From sequence record SRR22947725_172: a stretch of 40,922 bases of DNA. One strand, written 5' to 3'. The notes beneath the pieces were generated by a model. It had not been told where the DNA came from and ran no database searches. It worked only from the letters and a program-made list of their open reading frames with translations. This document shows, piece after piece, positions 39,759-40,922 of this stretch; the stretch's first letter is position 1; each line of letters starts with the position of its first letter. The translations under genes and the position numbers were made by a program.

Positions 39759-40922
39759 CCGTTCCCGATGCGACGGCAGCTGGTCAGTTAGAGCTGCAGG
39801 CGAGTGCCGACCGGCTTCGACGCCTCGGTATCAACCGAATCGAGAGTTTCGCGTGGCGCGATCTTGACGACGCCGAAGCGGGTGGGTCAGAACTCCATGC
39901 CGACGAGATTTTCAGCCGCTGGGCTGGGGTGGGTATCGACGTCGTTCATCGGACGTCAACGCGGAGCGCGCGGGCGTTCGACCGTAACGGGTACGTGGTC
40001 GTGCAAAAAGGTGGAAGGTTTGACGTGTTTGCTCGGGTCATCGCCGGTCAAATGTGCCGCCGTCTGATGCGACGAAGACGGCCAAGCACGGCAACGCTCG
40101 AGATCTGGAACGGCGTGCCCTGGTTCAGCCCCCTCTGGGCGCCGCAAGGTCGAGTGGTCTGGATGCATCACGTCCACCGCGATATGTGGGCCGACGTGCT
40201 GCCCGAACCACTCGCTGGAGTCGGCCGTTTCCTTGAGACTCGAATCGCGCCGGTGTTCTACAAACGGAGCACATTCGCCACCTTGTCAGAGTCCTCTGCA
40301 GATCAGATCGAAGAAATTGGAATTGATCGCTCGCAGCTCACCGTCATCCCGCCCGGCGTGCACGAGCGATACACGTCAGATGAGACCGAAAGAAGCCTCG
40401 TACCCGAGGTTGTGATCGTCGGACGATTTGCACCGGTCAAACGGCAACGCCTGGCATTGGCTGCGCTTGCATTCGCACGGACTCAAGTACCCAGCTTGAG
40501 GGTCCGCCTCATCGGGGATGGCCCTGACAGGCCGCAGATTGAGGCCTGGATTGACGAGCATCGCGCACAGGATTGGGTCACGTTGAGCGGACGCGTTACC
40601 GACGATGAACTCGTGGGGGCATATCGGTCGGCATGGCTCGTCGTCAGCGCGTCACATGCGGAGGGGTGGGGCATGTCACTGACAGAGGGAGCAGCATGCG
40701 GAACGCCCTGCGTCGCCACGGACATCGCTGGGCATCGTGGCGCAGCCGTCGACGGCGTGACCGGCCGACTTGTCGCGGACATCGCTGACCTCGGTCCGGT
40801 AGTTGCTGATCTACTCGGACAGCATGAACTGAGAAGTGAGATGGCGCGTGCGGCAACCGATCATGCTGCGGGTCTCTCGTGGACGGCAGTTGCTGCCCGT
40901 CAGCTCGACCTATTCTGCGCCG
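39755..40922 (+). CDS. GT4 family glycosyltransferase (Rv0225-like), runs off the window end
   Basis: GTGA overlap with dprE2; own translation: WRDLDDAEAGGSE, EIWNGVPWFSPLW, HHVH..MW, GR...VKR, SASHAEGWGMSLTEGAACGTP; absent from the ORF track because there is no stop. Confidence 0.9.
   Translation, partial: MTVPDATAAGQLELQASADRLRRLGINRIESFAWRDLDDAEAGGSELHADEIFSRWAGVGIDVVHRTSTRSARAFDRNGYVVVQKGGRFDVFARVIAGQMCRRLMRRRRPSTATLEIWNGVPWFSPLWAPQGRVVWMHHVHRDMWADVLPEPLAGVGRFLETRIAPVFYKRSTFATLSESSADQIEEIGIDRSQLTVIPPGVHERYTSDETERSLVPEVVIVGRFAPVKRQRLALAALAFARTQVPSLRVRLIGDGPDRPQIEAWIDEHRAQDWVTLSGRVTDDELVGAYRSAWLVVSASHAEGWGMSLTEGAACGTPCVATDIAGHRGAAVDGVTGRLVADIADLGPVVADLLGQHELRSEMARAATDHAAGLSWTAVAARQLDLFCA

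Overview
High-GC actinobacterial chromosome segment. The gene order and content suggest Acidimicrobiia (Ilumatobacter-like); this is an inference, not a search result. Most of the window is conserved core: an orphan parA, alaS-ruvX-mltG-aroE-aroC-aroK-aroB, then ssb-like/DUF1015/HAD-IIA/phasin-histone-like/tlyA-nadK-recN-pyrG-nudF-xerD-HD, trpS-MATE, and scpA-scpB-rluB-tyrA-aroA. It ends in a polyprenyl-phospho-arabinose (DPA-type) cluster: HAD-IB, UbiA/Rv3806c-like, methyltransferase, DprE1, DprE2 and a truncated GT4. A decayed accessory patch of about 3.4 kb (9930-13400) follows aroB, with pseudogenes, short repeats and possible mobile-element scars. The most interesting signals are (1) a pyrG leader built like the enteric pyrC CTP-sensing start-site/SD-hairpin switch, (2) a shared TGTGA(C/G)-N10-(-10) PafBC-like promoter on recN and the ssb paralog, plus a perfect LexA box at recN, (3) the DPA cluster with a stand-alone HAD in the phosphatase slot and Thr at the DprE1 Cys387 position, and (4) many apparently leaderless promoters. 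No rRNA, tRNA, CRISPR array or intact transposase was seen. All family assignments come from recognised motifs; no database searches were run.
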